Source of the DNA: Eledone cirrhosa
Lineage: Eukaryota
DNA: 64,000 nt
Assembly (NCBI GenBank): GCA_964016885.1
Contig: OZ024741.1
Coordinates: forward strand, 309,752,001-309,816,000
Reading direction: 5' to 3'
The position numbers were made by a program, and so were the translations under genes. The notes beneath the pieces were generated by a model. That model made no database searches. It was not told where the DNA came from and saw only the letters and a list, made by a program, of their open reading frames with translations. Positions within the stretch are counted from its first letter, which is position 1. Each line of letters begins with the position of its first letter. This document shows positions 24,018 to 36,469 of the stretch, one piece after another.

Positions 24018-25038
24018 GTAATTGATTGCTAACTCACACTAATTACTGCTAATTTTTTCCTATTTTTGTGTATGTATATAATGCTGTGTGTAGTTCTATT
24101 CTGTATCTTTCAAGATTCTCTTGTTAATTGCCACAGATGTCAGGCTGAATCTCTCTGAAAATTACATTAAGGGTACATATGTCTGTGGAATATTCAACCA
24201 TTCACATGTTAATTCACATGTCAAGAGCTCATTAGCAAGCTTGTCTGATATACCTGTTCTTAGGTGGTAGACTTAATTCATTGCTCAATTTAGCACTGCC
24301 ACCTGACCCTTTGGTGTTTTTAATGTGTAGTCTATTATGTTACACTCATTCAGATCATCATCTTGGTCTGAGGATAACTTTGTTTCTTAACCTGTTTTAA
24401 CTTATAATGTCTTGTACCACAAGAAAACACAATAGCAAGACATTCTTGAAAAGTACAAAACAGCAATGAACTCGCAAATGTAAAAGGGATAACTAGTTAT
24501 TATGTAGTAAATTAATATCCATGCACATAAAACATTATTTTTAGCATATTTGACTTCATCACATTAAATAGTAAAGTCTTTAGTCTAATGCTACAAATTT
24601 TCACAATGATCTGTCTGCAAGTAAAGATATGATGAATATTTGAATTAACAAACCTGTTTTGAGACATTTTCTGCTAAATCATTACAGGATGTTAGGACCT
24701 AAAGACTGAAAAAGCCATGAGTACTGCTCTTCCTCCTCTCACTAAGTCTTCTGAAGAGATTGACAAGATCCCAGACCTCATTCACTTACTGAGTGGGGTG
24801 GAACCTGTCAGACTGGACCGAGGAAACAATGTTTCCACTAGTCTTTTTAATTGCTGATACTATTTCCCAGTCACATCTGCTCAAGGATATAATGCATTGC
24901 CCGGTTCAGGAATCAAACTCATAACCTCACAGTTGTGAATCCAATTCTCTAACCACTAAACCACATGCCTTAAAGATGTTTATTCCTAGAAATGTTTTTA
25001 ATATTAAAATGTTTACATAAGCCTCTTAATGTTTACAG

Positions 25039-25264
25039 TATGAAAGATGAAAATGACAGAACTCCTTTTCGCCAAAAAGATTCCCAGTCAAGGGGTAGCG
25101 ACGAACCCCTAAACTACAGTCCCAGTATGACCTCTTTTACTACTAAAGACCATTTGAGCTTTTATGACCTAGCCGGTGCCATTCGTCAAACGGAGCATCA
25201 CTGGAAATTGAAGTTGGATACTGACTACAACAACGATCTTCTGGAAGAGTTTTACTTTGAACAG
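25039..25264 (+). CDS. ZFYVE26: ZFYVE26 exon (MKDENDR...WKLKLDTDYNNDLLEEFYFEQ)
   Basis: ttacag / CAG|gtatgt, phase 2-0; EFYFEQ joins APSASLC of the next exon. Confidence 0.9.
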
Positions 25265-26164
25265 GTATGTATGTATGAGATGTATATATATGTGTGTGTG
25301 ATGCATTTATGTATGATGCATGTATGTGTATGTATGTGATGCATGTATGTGTATGTATACAGTCTTTGTATGTGATGCATGTATGTGCTAATGTATGTGC
25401 GTATGTGATGTGATGTACGTATGTATGTTTTATGTGATACATGTTTAATGTATGTAGGGATGTATATATATTTGTGATGTATGTTTGTGTGTATGCATGC
25501 ATATATGTGTGTATGTATCTGTGTATGTACCTATCTATGTATGTATATGATACAATTTTGACTGACATGCTAACAACTCTGCCAATCCTAACCCTGAAAT
25601 TCAATATATAATAACAGCTACATTTGTAAGTAAAGGGATTAAATCTTCTCCAGTAAGAGATGAAATGTAAAGTTGATGATGACAGAGTTTGAACTCAAAA
25701 TATAGTCATTATCATCCTTCCATGTTCGTTTTTCCAAGCTTGCATATGTTGGACAGATTCTTTCCAGCACAGTCTCCCTTCAAATACATGTTAAATGGTG
25801 GTGATGGTGGTGATGTCAACAGCAGTAGTGGCTCCATGAATTTCGAGTGACTAAACTAAATACTGTAAAGCATTTAGTTAGGCACATTGGTATATCTGCC
25901 ACCCCAGCCTTATTTTATGCTTCTGTAATAACTATGATAATTCATATGAAATTTAGAAATGATTGTTATTTGAAATGTCATTATCAAGCTCCTGCAACTG
26001 GTGCAGCGAATTGTTCAGGTGTCACTCTAGCCATTTTCCAGTCAACAGTCACCACTGGTATCTATCCTCCATCATGTGTAGAAGGGTTGTGGTGTTGCAA
26101 ACTGTCAAGTCCTTGATGTTGTTGAATCACGATTTTCTTTTGTCTGCCTTTTCTTTTCTCTCCC

Positions 26165-26400
26165 TAAATTGTACCCAGAAGGTTGGTTTAGGTAGAGAGT
26201 CATGACGGGATATGTGGCTGTATTAGACAAGCTTCCATCTTTTTACCATCGCAAGGAGGGGTTCTTGTCTACCAACATATTTGTTGACTTGTTGCCTAAC
26301 AATGTTGTTTCTTTTGTGTTCTGTGTATGAGGTGCATAGCAGCCTTCTGAAGCACTTGTCCCTGAATGCCTGGATGTCAGCTGTAAGAGTTAACCTCTCA
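26165..26400 (-). mobile_element. Old RTE/BovB-like LINE fragment
   Basis: - strand reads IQAFRDKCFRRLLCTSYTEHKRNNIVRQQV...LLAMVKRWKL...HISRHDSL. Confidence 0.65.
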
Positions 26401-26452
26401 AACCCATACAGAAGTCACCATAATCATTAATTTTCTTTTCTCTTTTTTGTAG

Positions 26453-26613
26453 GCCCCCAGTGCTTCTCTATGTATTTCCATTCTTAATGTGCACAGTGAC
26501 CCTCGAAAATGTGGAGAGCTGATCCTTAAGCTTTGTGACGACCTTTCCAAACTGCTGAAACCCATCTCACCTGGAATGGCAAATAGTGAAATAGACTACA
26601 GCCTAGTCATTAG
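26453..26613 (+). CDS. ZFYVE26: ZFYVE26 exon (APSASLCISILNVHSDP...EIDYSLVI)
   Basis: APSASLC spastizin motif; ttgtag / AG|gtaaaa; phase 0-2. Confidence 0.93.
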
Positions 26614-27170
26614 GTAAAATGCACTTTTGTTATCATATTTATAATGAAATACGTTATCAATCTGTTTCAATTAATTTTGAAATAATAAATCATTTGAAGG
26701 AATTTAATAAATTAGTAAGCTGATGTTCTTCCATAAAATTGTGATGGAAAGTTTTAATATAAATATGAACACTTTAAAACTGACTGTTTTGTAGCATATT
26801 CACACACATGCGCACACACACACGTATATGTATATTTATGTGTGTGTGTGTATGGAGCTGTAACTCGCAGCAGCACCATAGTGACATACACCATGTCATA
26901 GGTATTTTTAAACCTGGTGGAGCCCATCCTCTCTTCACGTCTTGATTTCTTCCAGAAAAAGAGAAAGAGCTATAGAGTGGAAGTGAGAAAGAGCTATAGA
27001 AGCTGAATCAACCCCAGTACTGTACTGCTACCTTTTTTAATCAACCTTGAAAGGATGAAAGGCAAAGTTGACTTGGGTGGTTTTGAAGTCAGAGTGCAGG
27101 GAGCCAGGAAGACTGTAGCAAAGCATTCTAATAACTCTGCCAACTTACTGCCTTTATATATATATATATA

Positions 27171-27376
27171 AAGAAGGAATTGTGGTAAGGAACCAGATGG
27201 ACCATAACGCACCAGAGTACTCAATACTTAGGGTAGTAGAGTGGGTAATAGGAAAAGGTATGAACCCGACGGCAGAGCTCAAGCCGTTTCGACGGCTATT
27301 TCTGGACTAAATTTCTAATTTAGTCCAGAAATAGCCGTCGATACGGCTTGAGTTCTGTCGTCGGGGTCATACCTTT

Positions 27377-27380
<4 letters not shown>
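27171..27380. mobile_element. TA-flanked element ending in a ~62-bp-arm palindrome (probable Penelope-like remnant)
   Basis: gaaaaggtatgaacccgacgg...ggactaaatt/tct/aatttagtcc...gtcataccttttt; (TA)n on both sides. Confidence 0.55.
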
Positions 27381-27410
<30 letters not shown>

Positions 27411-27498
27411 AATGTCTGCTGGCATTTATAACAGGATGATAATACACGACCAATGACATATCCTCATGATTGAATAACTGCACCTATGATTGTATGAT

Positions 27499-27547
27499 CA
27501 TCTGATGAAATCACATACATAGCCATGTAACAGAAATATGTATCATG
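27499..27547 (+). ncRNA. Candidate minimal type-I hammerhead ribozyme in a TA-flanked remnant
   Basis: cat-CTGATGA-(stem II region)-GAAA-tatgta-TC-atg; stem I cat/atg. Confidence 0.45.
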
Positions 27548-27976
27548 CAATAAAGCAATTATGGTAACCCCGTCTTAACTACTTTTAATTGATAAATGAA
27601 TACTCCATCACTCCTAATCACCAACTTTTAACAAGGATAAGCTACCGACGTGAAGTGCCTTTGGATCGCTTGAACCAGCTTATCCTCATGAAGTTACAGC
27701 ACAACATCCATGTATAAGCACCTTATCTTCTACAGCAATATATATATATATAAACATCGGTGAAATTTCAGGTGAAGATAGTTATGCCAACAATCTTCAA
27801 GTTCAATGTAATTCTATTATCTTTTTCATCTTGAAATGTTTAATACCAAATTCCTTGAGTCAATACTCAGTTTATATTATATTGACACATCTACATATTA
27901 ATAATGTAATGGAGCAAATATTGCCTTTAGAAAGCATATATATGTTCATTCCTTAATTTCTTTTTGTCTTTGGCAG

Positions 27977-28153
27977 TATGATGAGACATCTGTTGTTCCA
28001 TGCAAAGGTGCGGTTTACCAGGTGCATGGAAAATCGCCTGATGATTTTGTGTGACCAATACTCAACTCTTGTTGATTTACTGAAAGTGCTACTTGCCTCC
28101 AACTACCCTGACCTTCCATCCATACAGGAACTCACAAAGAGTGAATCAGTGAC
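27977..28153 (+). CDS. ZFYVE26: ZFYVE26 exon (MMRHLLFHAK...LCDQYSTLVDLLKVLLASNYPDLPS)
   Basis: tggcag / AC|gtaagt; phase 2-2. Confidence 0.92.
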
Positions 28154-28946
28154 GTAAGTTTGTGTTTGTTACATTCAAGCTAAGCTAAGTTAGGTTTGGT
28201 TGAGAGTAACTTCTATGAGAGAGGATCATGTAGAAGAGTTAAATGAAACTAATCAGATAAATGACTGGACACCAGTCTGCTTTTCACCCAGATTTCTGCT
28301 ATTTAAATGTCTCTTACTTTCTTGTAGAGATGAAATTGAAGTGACATTGCTAGCTCATAATACATAAGTTCAAAGTCCATTGTGTAGAAATCAATCCATG
28401 ATATGGAACATATGAACAAGATGTGTCCTTGACCTGTCAAGTATCGGACTGTGGCAATCTGTCCAACTCTAGCCAGCATAGAAAGTGGACATAAAATGGA
28501 AAAAAAAAATAGTGTTGAGAGACTCCTTCAGTCATGCCACAGTGCAGCAACCTCGTTAGTGTTGGTGATCTATACTATATATGTACATACCCAGTACATA
28601 CTGTAAAGTGGTTGGTGATAGGAAGAACACGAGACTATATATGTAAATGAGATGCATTTCCTGGTCTGTTTGGGATGTCAGTAAACTTCTGTACTGACTT
28701 GGTCTATGTAGATCTCTCCAACCCTTGCAAACAGGAAAAACAGACATTAAAACTATGATGATGCTCATTAAATGAAAATGAAACAGAGGGCAAGAGAGAG
28801 GTTGATAAAATTGTATCAATAATAACTATAACAAAGTAAATTGACTGAACACCCATTGAACAAAGATTAACCTTGGGTCAAAACAGATAAATTCATTGTC
28901 AATATATTCTTCTACTCATGTGGCTTTTATTGAAAATGTGTTTCAG

Positions 28947-29112
28947 GCGCTTGCGAGATAAATTTATTGAAGTAGAACGCTTACCGCTTGCAATGGAAGT
29001 CTCCACAAAATGTGGTCTTGATGCTACAGGTGTGTGGGCTGCATGGGGACGAGCTTGCCTTCGCTTCCGCAACTATCCTTTGGCACGAGAAAAATTTGCT
29101 CGCTGTTTAAAG
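28947..29112 (+). CDS. ZFYVE26: ZFYVE26 exon (RLRDKFIEVER...EVSTKCGLD..GVWAAWG..AREKFARCLK)
   Basis: Highly recognisable spastizin C-terminal motif; tttcag / AAG|gtaatt; phase 2-0. Confidence 0.95.
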
Positions 29113-31069
29113 GTAATTCATTCTCTTTCCATATTCAGAATTTAAAACAAAAATTTTTTCAGAACACTTTTTATGTACAAGTATGATGCAGTCTTCCTTG
29201 GACCTGTGTAAGACAGAAACTCCAAATTAGAACCGACAACACAAACCAGTATAGAAAGCGGACATAAAATGACAATGATGATGTCTATAAAGATAAACTG
29301 TTTCATCAATGATTCAAGTAAAGCAGTCAAATATAGCCATAGGTTTTTTTTTAATGTTTGAAAGCGACTCCAAGAGTTAACATGCAATTAAAAAAAGGGT
29401 AGAATAAGGTGTGGTAGTTTACTTGAGGCATTGTGGAATATGAGATACAAATACAAATAAGAAATAAGTTTGGTTATTTTGAAGCCCAACAATGTGTGTT
29501 TGTTAAAAATGCCAAAGTACTAAGAACATAGAAGAAGAAAAAGAACACAGTGAAGTAAAGTAAAAGAGTGAGGAATTGTAAAGCTACATATAGTGCTTTA
29601 GTCCTGAAGCTGTAACAGCTATGATCAAATATCTTCATCTATGTTCAGTAAAAATGTATGTATATGTGGGTATATGTATTTATGATCTGTTTTTCCATGG
29701 CAGTATTCTACAACTAGACACCCTTCCTGATGACAACTCATGTTTTTAATTTTGATAGATATCACTGCTACCTTGAATGATGTGGATGCGTACATAAACA
29801 CACACAGACACACACATATATGATGGGCTTCCACATAGTGTCTGTCTCCCAAATTTCACTCACAAAGCATTGGTCGACCTGTTACTATATCATCATCATC
29901 ATCATGTGTGTGCGTGTGTGTGTATATCATCATCATTCTTATATGTCCTCCTTTCCAATGCTTGCATGAGTTAGATGGGTTGTCCATACCTTGTTCATAC
30001 AGATCTGTATTTTGGCTTGGTTTATATATAAGACCTGTCCAACTCACGGCAGCATGGAAAGAAGGAAATAAAAGGTTGATGATGACATACACATGCATAC
30101 ACATATATTATATTATATCTATTTCTTGTTCTGGCCAAGCCAGCCTACTGCTCTGTATGCAAATGGGGCCAATCAACCTATATACATAGAGGGGTACATT
30201 ACCTTGATAACAGCCATAAGCCAGAAACAGCTGTCGGTATTTTCCCCTTGCTTCTGCTGGTACTTGCTAAGTAGCACCCTGTCACCACCTTTTTGAAATC
30301 ATAGCTAAAGACTTTCAAAGGATCACACAGGATCACACACATCTAATGCACTCTCACTCAGTTTCTGACTACCAAATTTCACTGAGTGGGTTTTGATGAA
30401 CCAGAAGCTATGGTAAAAAACCTATCCAAGGTGCCATGAGAAAACCCAGGGCCACTTGGTTGGTGTGAAGTGAGCTGCTTCTTACCTACATATAACAATA
30501 TATTCCTTTATTAAATATATTTTATTTGTGAACATCTGGTTGACTTAAGAAACAGTGGGAAAATTTGAAATTTTGTCTATAATAATACTGACTACAATAA
30601 TAATAATTTCTGATTTAGGCACAAGACCAGTAATTTGGTGGGAGGGGGAAAGTCGATTAAATTGATCCCAGTGCGTGACTGGTACTTTAGTTTATCGATC
30701 CCTGTAAGCATGAAAGGCAAAGCTAACCTCGGCGGGATTTTAACTCAGGGAGCAGCTCGTCGGAACAAATATCACAAAGCATTCTATCCGATGTTCTACC
30801 GACTCTGTCAAATAGCCTTGGAACATATGAAAGCTAGATGCAGGCCCTATCCCGTTTGTGCACTCAGGAGAGTGTGGGAAGATATGTAAGTGAGTTGCAG
30901 GTCCCTGGCCTGTCTGAGCACTCAGTAGTGTGCATAAATCTATGAAAGTAAGATGCAGGCTGCTAACCTATATGAGGGGTTAGTAGCTCTGCTTAAGAAT
31001 GACTCAATCCATGATGACTCATCCATCTCTTGCTAACAAGGAAAATAGACATGAAATGATGATGATCAT

Positions 31070-31910
31070 CATCACCTTTGTTTTTCCATGCCTGCATGGG
31101 TTGGATGGGCCCTTTTCAGCACAGCATCTCCCTACTCATCATGTTCCTTCATCATCTGTGAGCCTCAGTGATTTGAGATCAGCTCTCACCACCTCCACCC
31201 AGATCTTCTTTGGTCTAATTCTACTGTGGCTTTCTACCACTGGGATTTCTTGGCACTTCTTCACCCAGTGATCATCATGCATGCACATCACATGTTCATA
31301 CCAACGTAGTCTTCTCTCTTATGCATTACTTTGGTTTCCTCTTAATCCCAGGGTGCTCCAAGAGCATAATAGCTAGAATAAAAATAGGATGGAAAAAGTT
31401 TAGAGAGCTACTCTCACTGTTCATAACAAAAGATTTCTCCCTACGTACAAAAGGATAACTGTATGATGCCTGTGTGCAAAGTGCAATGTTGCATGATAGT
31501 GAAACATGGGCAGTGACTGCAGTGGATATGCATAGGCTGAAGAGAAATGAAGCAACCTTGCTTTGTTGGATTCATCATCCTCTCATTGTAATATTTTCAG
31601 GCCTCTTTCTTTCGAGCGTTAGTGGTGCTAAGTGCACCAGTGTCATTTCTAGCACAATTTTACCTAACAACATCCTGATTCACACTGACATACCTCTTTG
31701 TAGTATGGAACACTTTATGTCTCTGATCCTCATGTTGCAAGACATTGGCAAACTTTTATTCTTTAGCCTCTTTCCAAACTATCTTCTAGCTTCTCACTTA
31801 GGTACCTGGTTCTGGTCTCTGCTACACCCATTTTTTCAGTCTTTCCACGCCTGTCTCTTGGCTTGGATGGCTCTATCCACTGTGCTGTTCTACCACCAGG
31901 CCGCCCTCTG
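31070..31910. mobile_element. Rearranged RTE copy: (-) 3' end, (+) middle segment 31350-31570, (-) linker segment
   Basis: GWKKFRELL...MLHDSETW on +, flanked by - strand RTE sequence. Confidence 0.75.
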
Positions 31911-32284
31911 TCTGGTTCAAAGTAACAAATTTAACCCTGCATCCTTCAGATGCTGGATAAGGGCATTAGCCATTACTCTAAGGGGTCTCTAGCCATCAAT
32001 TACCATCTTTTAGAAGATTTTAAGGCTGTACCTAGAAGTGTGAACATCTAGTTGACTTTAGAATCATTGAGAAAATTTGAAATATAGTTGTCCCAATGTG
32101 ATTCAAATAATAGTCACTTGGCTATTATTATAATCATTTACAATGGGATGTCTATATTTCAAATTTCATATTTATTTTATTCAACATTTGCTGTGTGCTG
32201 CTTTTCTACATACTATGATGATGATGGTGATTATGGGAATGACTGTGTATATGTTTAACCCAAACTTGTGATTATCTTCAATAG

Positions 32285-32380
32285 CCACCACGGGACCGTA
32301 ACCTAACCCAACATTCAAATGCACTGCTGATGGAAGTTGTGGAATGTTTGGAGTCAATGCCTAACAGAGAAAACACTGAG
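32285..32380 (+). CDS. ZFYVE26: ZFYVE26 exon (PPRDRNLTQHSNALLMEVVECLESMPNRENTE)
   Basis: caatag / GAG|gtaata; 96 nt, phase 0-0. Confidence 0.85.
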
Positions 32381-32619
32381 GTAATATATTCTTTTATTCT
32401 TTTACCTGTTTCAGTTATTAAACTGCGGCCATGCTGGGGTACTACCCTGAAGAGATTTAGTCAATCATATCAACCCCAGTATTTATTTTTTCAAGTCTGA
32501 TATTTATTTTGATATCTTTTTGTTGAACTGCTAAGTTACCAAAGATAAACCAACAGTAAATATAAACGCAAACTTGAACACATACATACTTACACACACT
32601 CACACACCCATATATATAT

Positions 32620-32970
32620 GGAGGCACATGGCTTAGTGGTTAGAGCATTGGCCTTGCAATCAAAAGGTTGTGAGTTCAATTCTCAGACTGGGTGATGTGT
32701 TGTTTCCTTGAGCAAGACACTTTATTTCACATTGCTCCAGTTTACTCAGCTGTAGAAATGAGATGATAGGGACTGAGGTCCATATCATTCCACTGCAAAG
32801 TGGTCGTGGAGGTGCCATGGCAAAAAAGCACCCAGCACTCACTGTAAATGAGGTTGGTGTTAGGAAGGGCATCCAGCTGTAGAAATCAAGCCAGCATCAG
32901 TTCCTGTCCCACCCTTGCAAGCAGGGAAAAGCGGACGTAAAATGGAATGAATGAAAAAAATGAATGAAAA
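32620..32970 (+). mobile_element. tRNA-derived SINE family 1 with RTE-derived body and tail
   Basis: A box tggcttagtgg, B box gagttcaattc, core ccttgagcaagacactttatttcacattgctccag, tail cccttgcaagcagggaaaagcggacgtaaaatg. Confidence 0.88.
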
Positions 32971-33019
32971 ATATATATATATACACACAAATATATATAT
33001 ATATACAAATGTCATCATC

Positions 33020-33550
33020 GTCATCATCATCATCGTTTAACGTCTATCTTCCACGCTAGCATGGGTTTAGACGGGAATTGTCCCACTTGAGGCAAGATTG
33101 GTTGTCTCGCTCGTATAGGACTGTCTGGCAGGTTTCCTACGGCTGGATGCCCTTCCTAACACCAACCACATTTACAGTGTGGACTGGGTTTTTTTTACCG
33201 TGTTAACTACACGGCCACATTACAGCGTGGACTGTGTTTTTTTGTCGTGACACCTACACGACCTCATTTATTTAGGACTGGATGTTGTGGTACCAACATA
33301 ACTTTACAGAGAAAGGGATGGGGGAGGGGGGTGTATATTTTATTAAGAGGTGCCTACTGACTGTAGGTTTTGCTTTGTACTTAGGCAAGGCGGGTTTTCT
33401 GTATTACTACGTAGCGCCAAAGATCACGGTCCAGCGACATTGTCTTAGAGAGGTGTAAGTTTGTAAGGTCAGAATTTATCAAATCGTCTCGGTTTTTTGG
33501 GGTCTGCCTACTCCATAACTTCCGTCAATTTTGATCGCCCTGCACTTTTT
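33020..33550 (-). mobile_element. RTE subfamily C 3' end (ORF end + 3' UTR)
   Basis: - strand reads ...DLTNLHLSKTMSLDRDLWRYVVIQKTR, matching the end of the 5918-9036 ORF, then UTR and (atg)n tail. Confidence 0.75.
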
Positions 33551-33787
33551 AATATATATATATATATACATACACACACACTCAATGGGCTTCCATGTAG
33601 TTTCTATCTACCATATTTCAGTTAAAAGGCATTGGTCAACCTGAAACAATGAAGTTGTGTAACAAACTCCTTAACCACATAGCCATCATCCACAAAATTG
33701 TTTAGGCCAGGTTACTTCATTCATACACTCAGGCTGAACAATTGCTTTATCAAAGAAAGCCCCAGGGGTTATTTGCTGCAAACTTAA

Positions 33788-34028
33788 CTCTTTCATTACC
33801 AGACTGCCTAAAACAGCCCCTGGTTTTATAATATCAAACTGTTTATTTTAAAGTATTTATGTTTATCATAAACTTATATGAGAACCTTTCTTAAGTTATG
33901 TTCAAAACACTACATAAATAATGAGAAAATTAGTTATTTTACTAAATCCCTCCAAATCCTTGAGTATTTTCAAATTGATTGAAACATCATAGACAGTATA
34001 TTTCATTAGAAATATGGTAATGAAAAAG
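33788..34028. mobile_element. Second piggyBac-type MITE family (241 bp)
   Basis: TTAA|ctctttcattacc...ggtaatgaaaaag|TTAA. Confidence 0.7.
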
Positions 34029-34843
34029 TTAATGTTTATATTTATAGAAAAATTTCCATCGTACTTTCATATAAGAGTCTTCATTAAGTTATGTTTCAAA
34101 CAGCAATTTGATAATGAGAAAATTGTGTTACTAAATCTCTCCAAATTCTTGATTATTTTCGAAATGGAAAGGATTAAACTTATAAGAAAAACCAATGCAA
34201 GGAGATGCATTTCAGTTGTGAGTTGCATTATTCACTGTTGTCAGAAGGCAAACATGAGCAGTTCAGCAGAAATAATTTCTGTACATGTCCTCATCTGAAA
34301 AGTGGATTGGCAGTATAGGTAGAGGGTCGGACGCCATGCTTTCCAGTTTAGAGTTATGCCCCTTTATGGTCTGAGTTCAAATCCCGCCGAGGTTAACTTT
34401 GCCTTTTAATAAGGCAATAATTGCTGGCCTTGTGCCAATAGTAGAAACAATTATAAAATATCCGAATATTTGAGAATAATTGAATATCTGCTTGGCCAAG
34501 GTTAGTGGTCATCATTTAATCAATATAATATGTGTGTGCCTTTATTTATGTGTCATATATATGTATGTGTGTGTGTGTGTATTTCTTGTCTAAAACATGA
34601 ATAGAAAGCCAAACACGCTCTAAACAAGCTCTTCCACAGTGCTTGTACTACAACAACAACACCCAGTACACAATGTAATGTGGTTGGCATTAGGACATCT
34701 AATATTAGAAAAGCAAACCAAAAACAGATCTGTATAAGCAAGATGTGGTCACCTGACCTGGCTAGCTTCATAACATGATAACTTATCTAACCCATGCAAG
34801 CATGGAAAACGGATGTTTATCAATAATGATGATGGTTGTATAC

Positions 34844-34920
<77 letters not shown>

Positions 34921-36211
34921 TCATTATTGTTTTGAATTAGAAAAGAGGGTTTTAACCCTGAAATATTGTTGAAATATACTGGGTAAAAACACTACTTTGT
35001 TTTGTTTTATTTATCGTCCTTTGCCCTTTATATATTTCTATTGCATTGTACCAGCTTTCTGAAATCCTTTCTAAAATCACCAGTCAATTATCTTATATCA
35101 TCATCACTGTTTAATGTCTATTTTTTCCACGCTTGCATGGGTTAGACAGGTCGTCCATGTTACGAGACCTGTCTGGCGAGTTGGCTGCGCTGTACCTTGC
35201 TCAAACGGAATTGTATTTTGGCTGGGATTTTTACAGCTGGATACCCTTTCTAACACCAATCATGTTTACAGTGTGGAACTGGGTGGTCCTGTTATGAGGA
35301 GGGTCTAGCCAGTTTGCTGTGCCATACCTTGTTCATAGCAGAACTGTATTTTGGGAGCTGGGTAGTTTTGTTATGAGGGAGATCTGGCCAGTCAGCCATG
35401 CTGTACCTTGTTCATAGTAGGATTAAGTTTTAATTGGGTTTTTATGGTTGCTGGATGCATGAAAAATAAGACATTAAACAGTAATGATGATGATAATATA
35501 TTTGAAGTGGGTGCAGCTTTTATCAATGGCTTCATAATTATTCAATTTTATGACTAGATGAATAAGTTTATATATATTGATACAAGTGAAACACTTGGAA
35601 CAGTGGAGCGCATCACCATCATCTTTGAATGAATGACTGAATTCTACTCCATATAGTGAGAACCTTTTTCCTGATTGTACACATGTATGTATGTTCAGAG
35701 AGTGGGATTGGCTCTGTGCAAAGCCTTTTCTCACTTAAAAAAGCTTCAAGCACAGGTATTGCTTGATATGTGACATTTTTGCAATGCATGGTATTGCTGG
35801 CCATAGGCAAGTCCCTAGCAGGACTTCAAAGCCACGTCCGTGGTGCTCATGTTTATGTATCAAGAAATGGCATTCCTCGAAATCGAGTTGCAGCCAACAT
35901 CATCATCATCATGTATGTATATATCTGTGTATATATATTAAACACTCACTCATTTTGTTGATAATGGAAAGCATTTAGTGCTCAAAAAATGTAGGCATAA
36001 TTTTCCTAAATGTTTAAATTTCTGACTGTACTTCACTCTACACTGTGCTTTACACTGTACTCTCCTCTACACTATACTAGGGATATGTAGCATGTAATTC
36101 TCTACATAATTAATTACACTCTAATGTCCTATTCTACAATATACTATTCTACTCAACTCTTTCCCTCTCTCTTTGTTAATGTTCCACAAATTGACTGCTC
36201 TGCCATTCCAG

Positions 36212-36280
36212 GTCTCTACGAAAGATTCCAATCTTTCGAAAACTGATCAGCATGACATAATTAATGAGTCGTATAGTCGG
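36212..36280 (+). CDS. ZFYVE26: Probable small ZFYVE26 exon (VSTKDSNLSKTDQHDIINESYSR)
   Basis: ttccag / CGG|gtaaga, 69 nt, phase 0-0, open frame; no recognisable conserved motif. Confidence 0.6.
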
Positions 36281-36469
36281 GTAAGACTTTCTATCGCATA
36301 CTGCTGCTGCTGCAACTACCATCACCGCCATCACCAGCAACTACCACCTTCACCAGCAACCACCTCCATCACTAACCACCACTACCACTATCACAACCAC
36401 CACCAATAACAATAACAACACTCTTAAACACTGTCTGCATAAAAAAATAAAAGAAAGGAAACATTAATT

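Noticed and set aside
32620-32695. tRNA-like sequences with A and B boxes (also 39340, 18739, 37205)
   Set aside because: They are SINE heads continuing into repeat bodies; no complete cloverleaf or acceptor stem.
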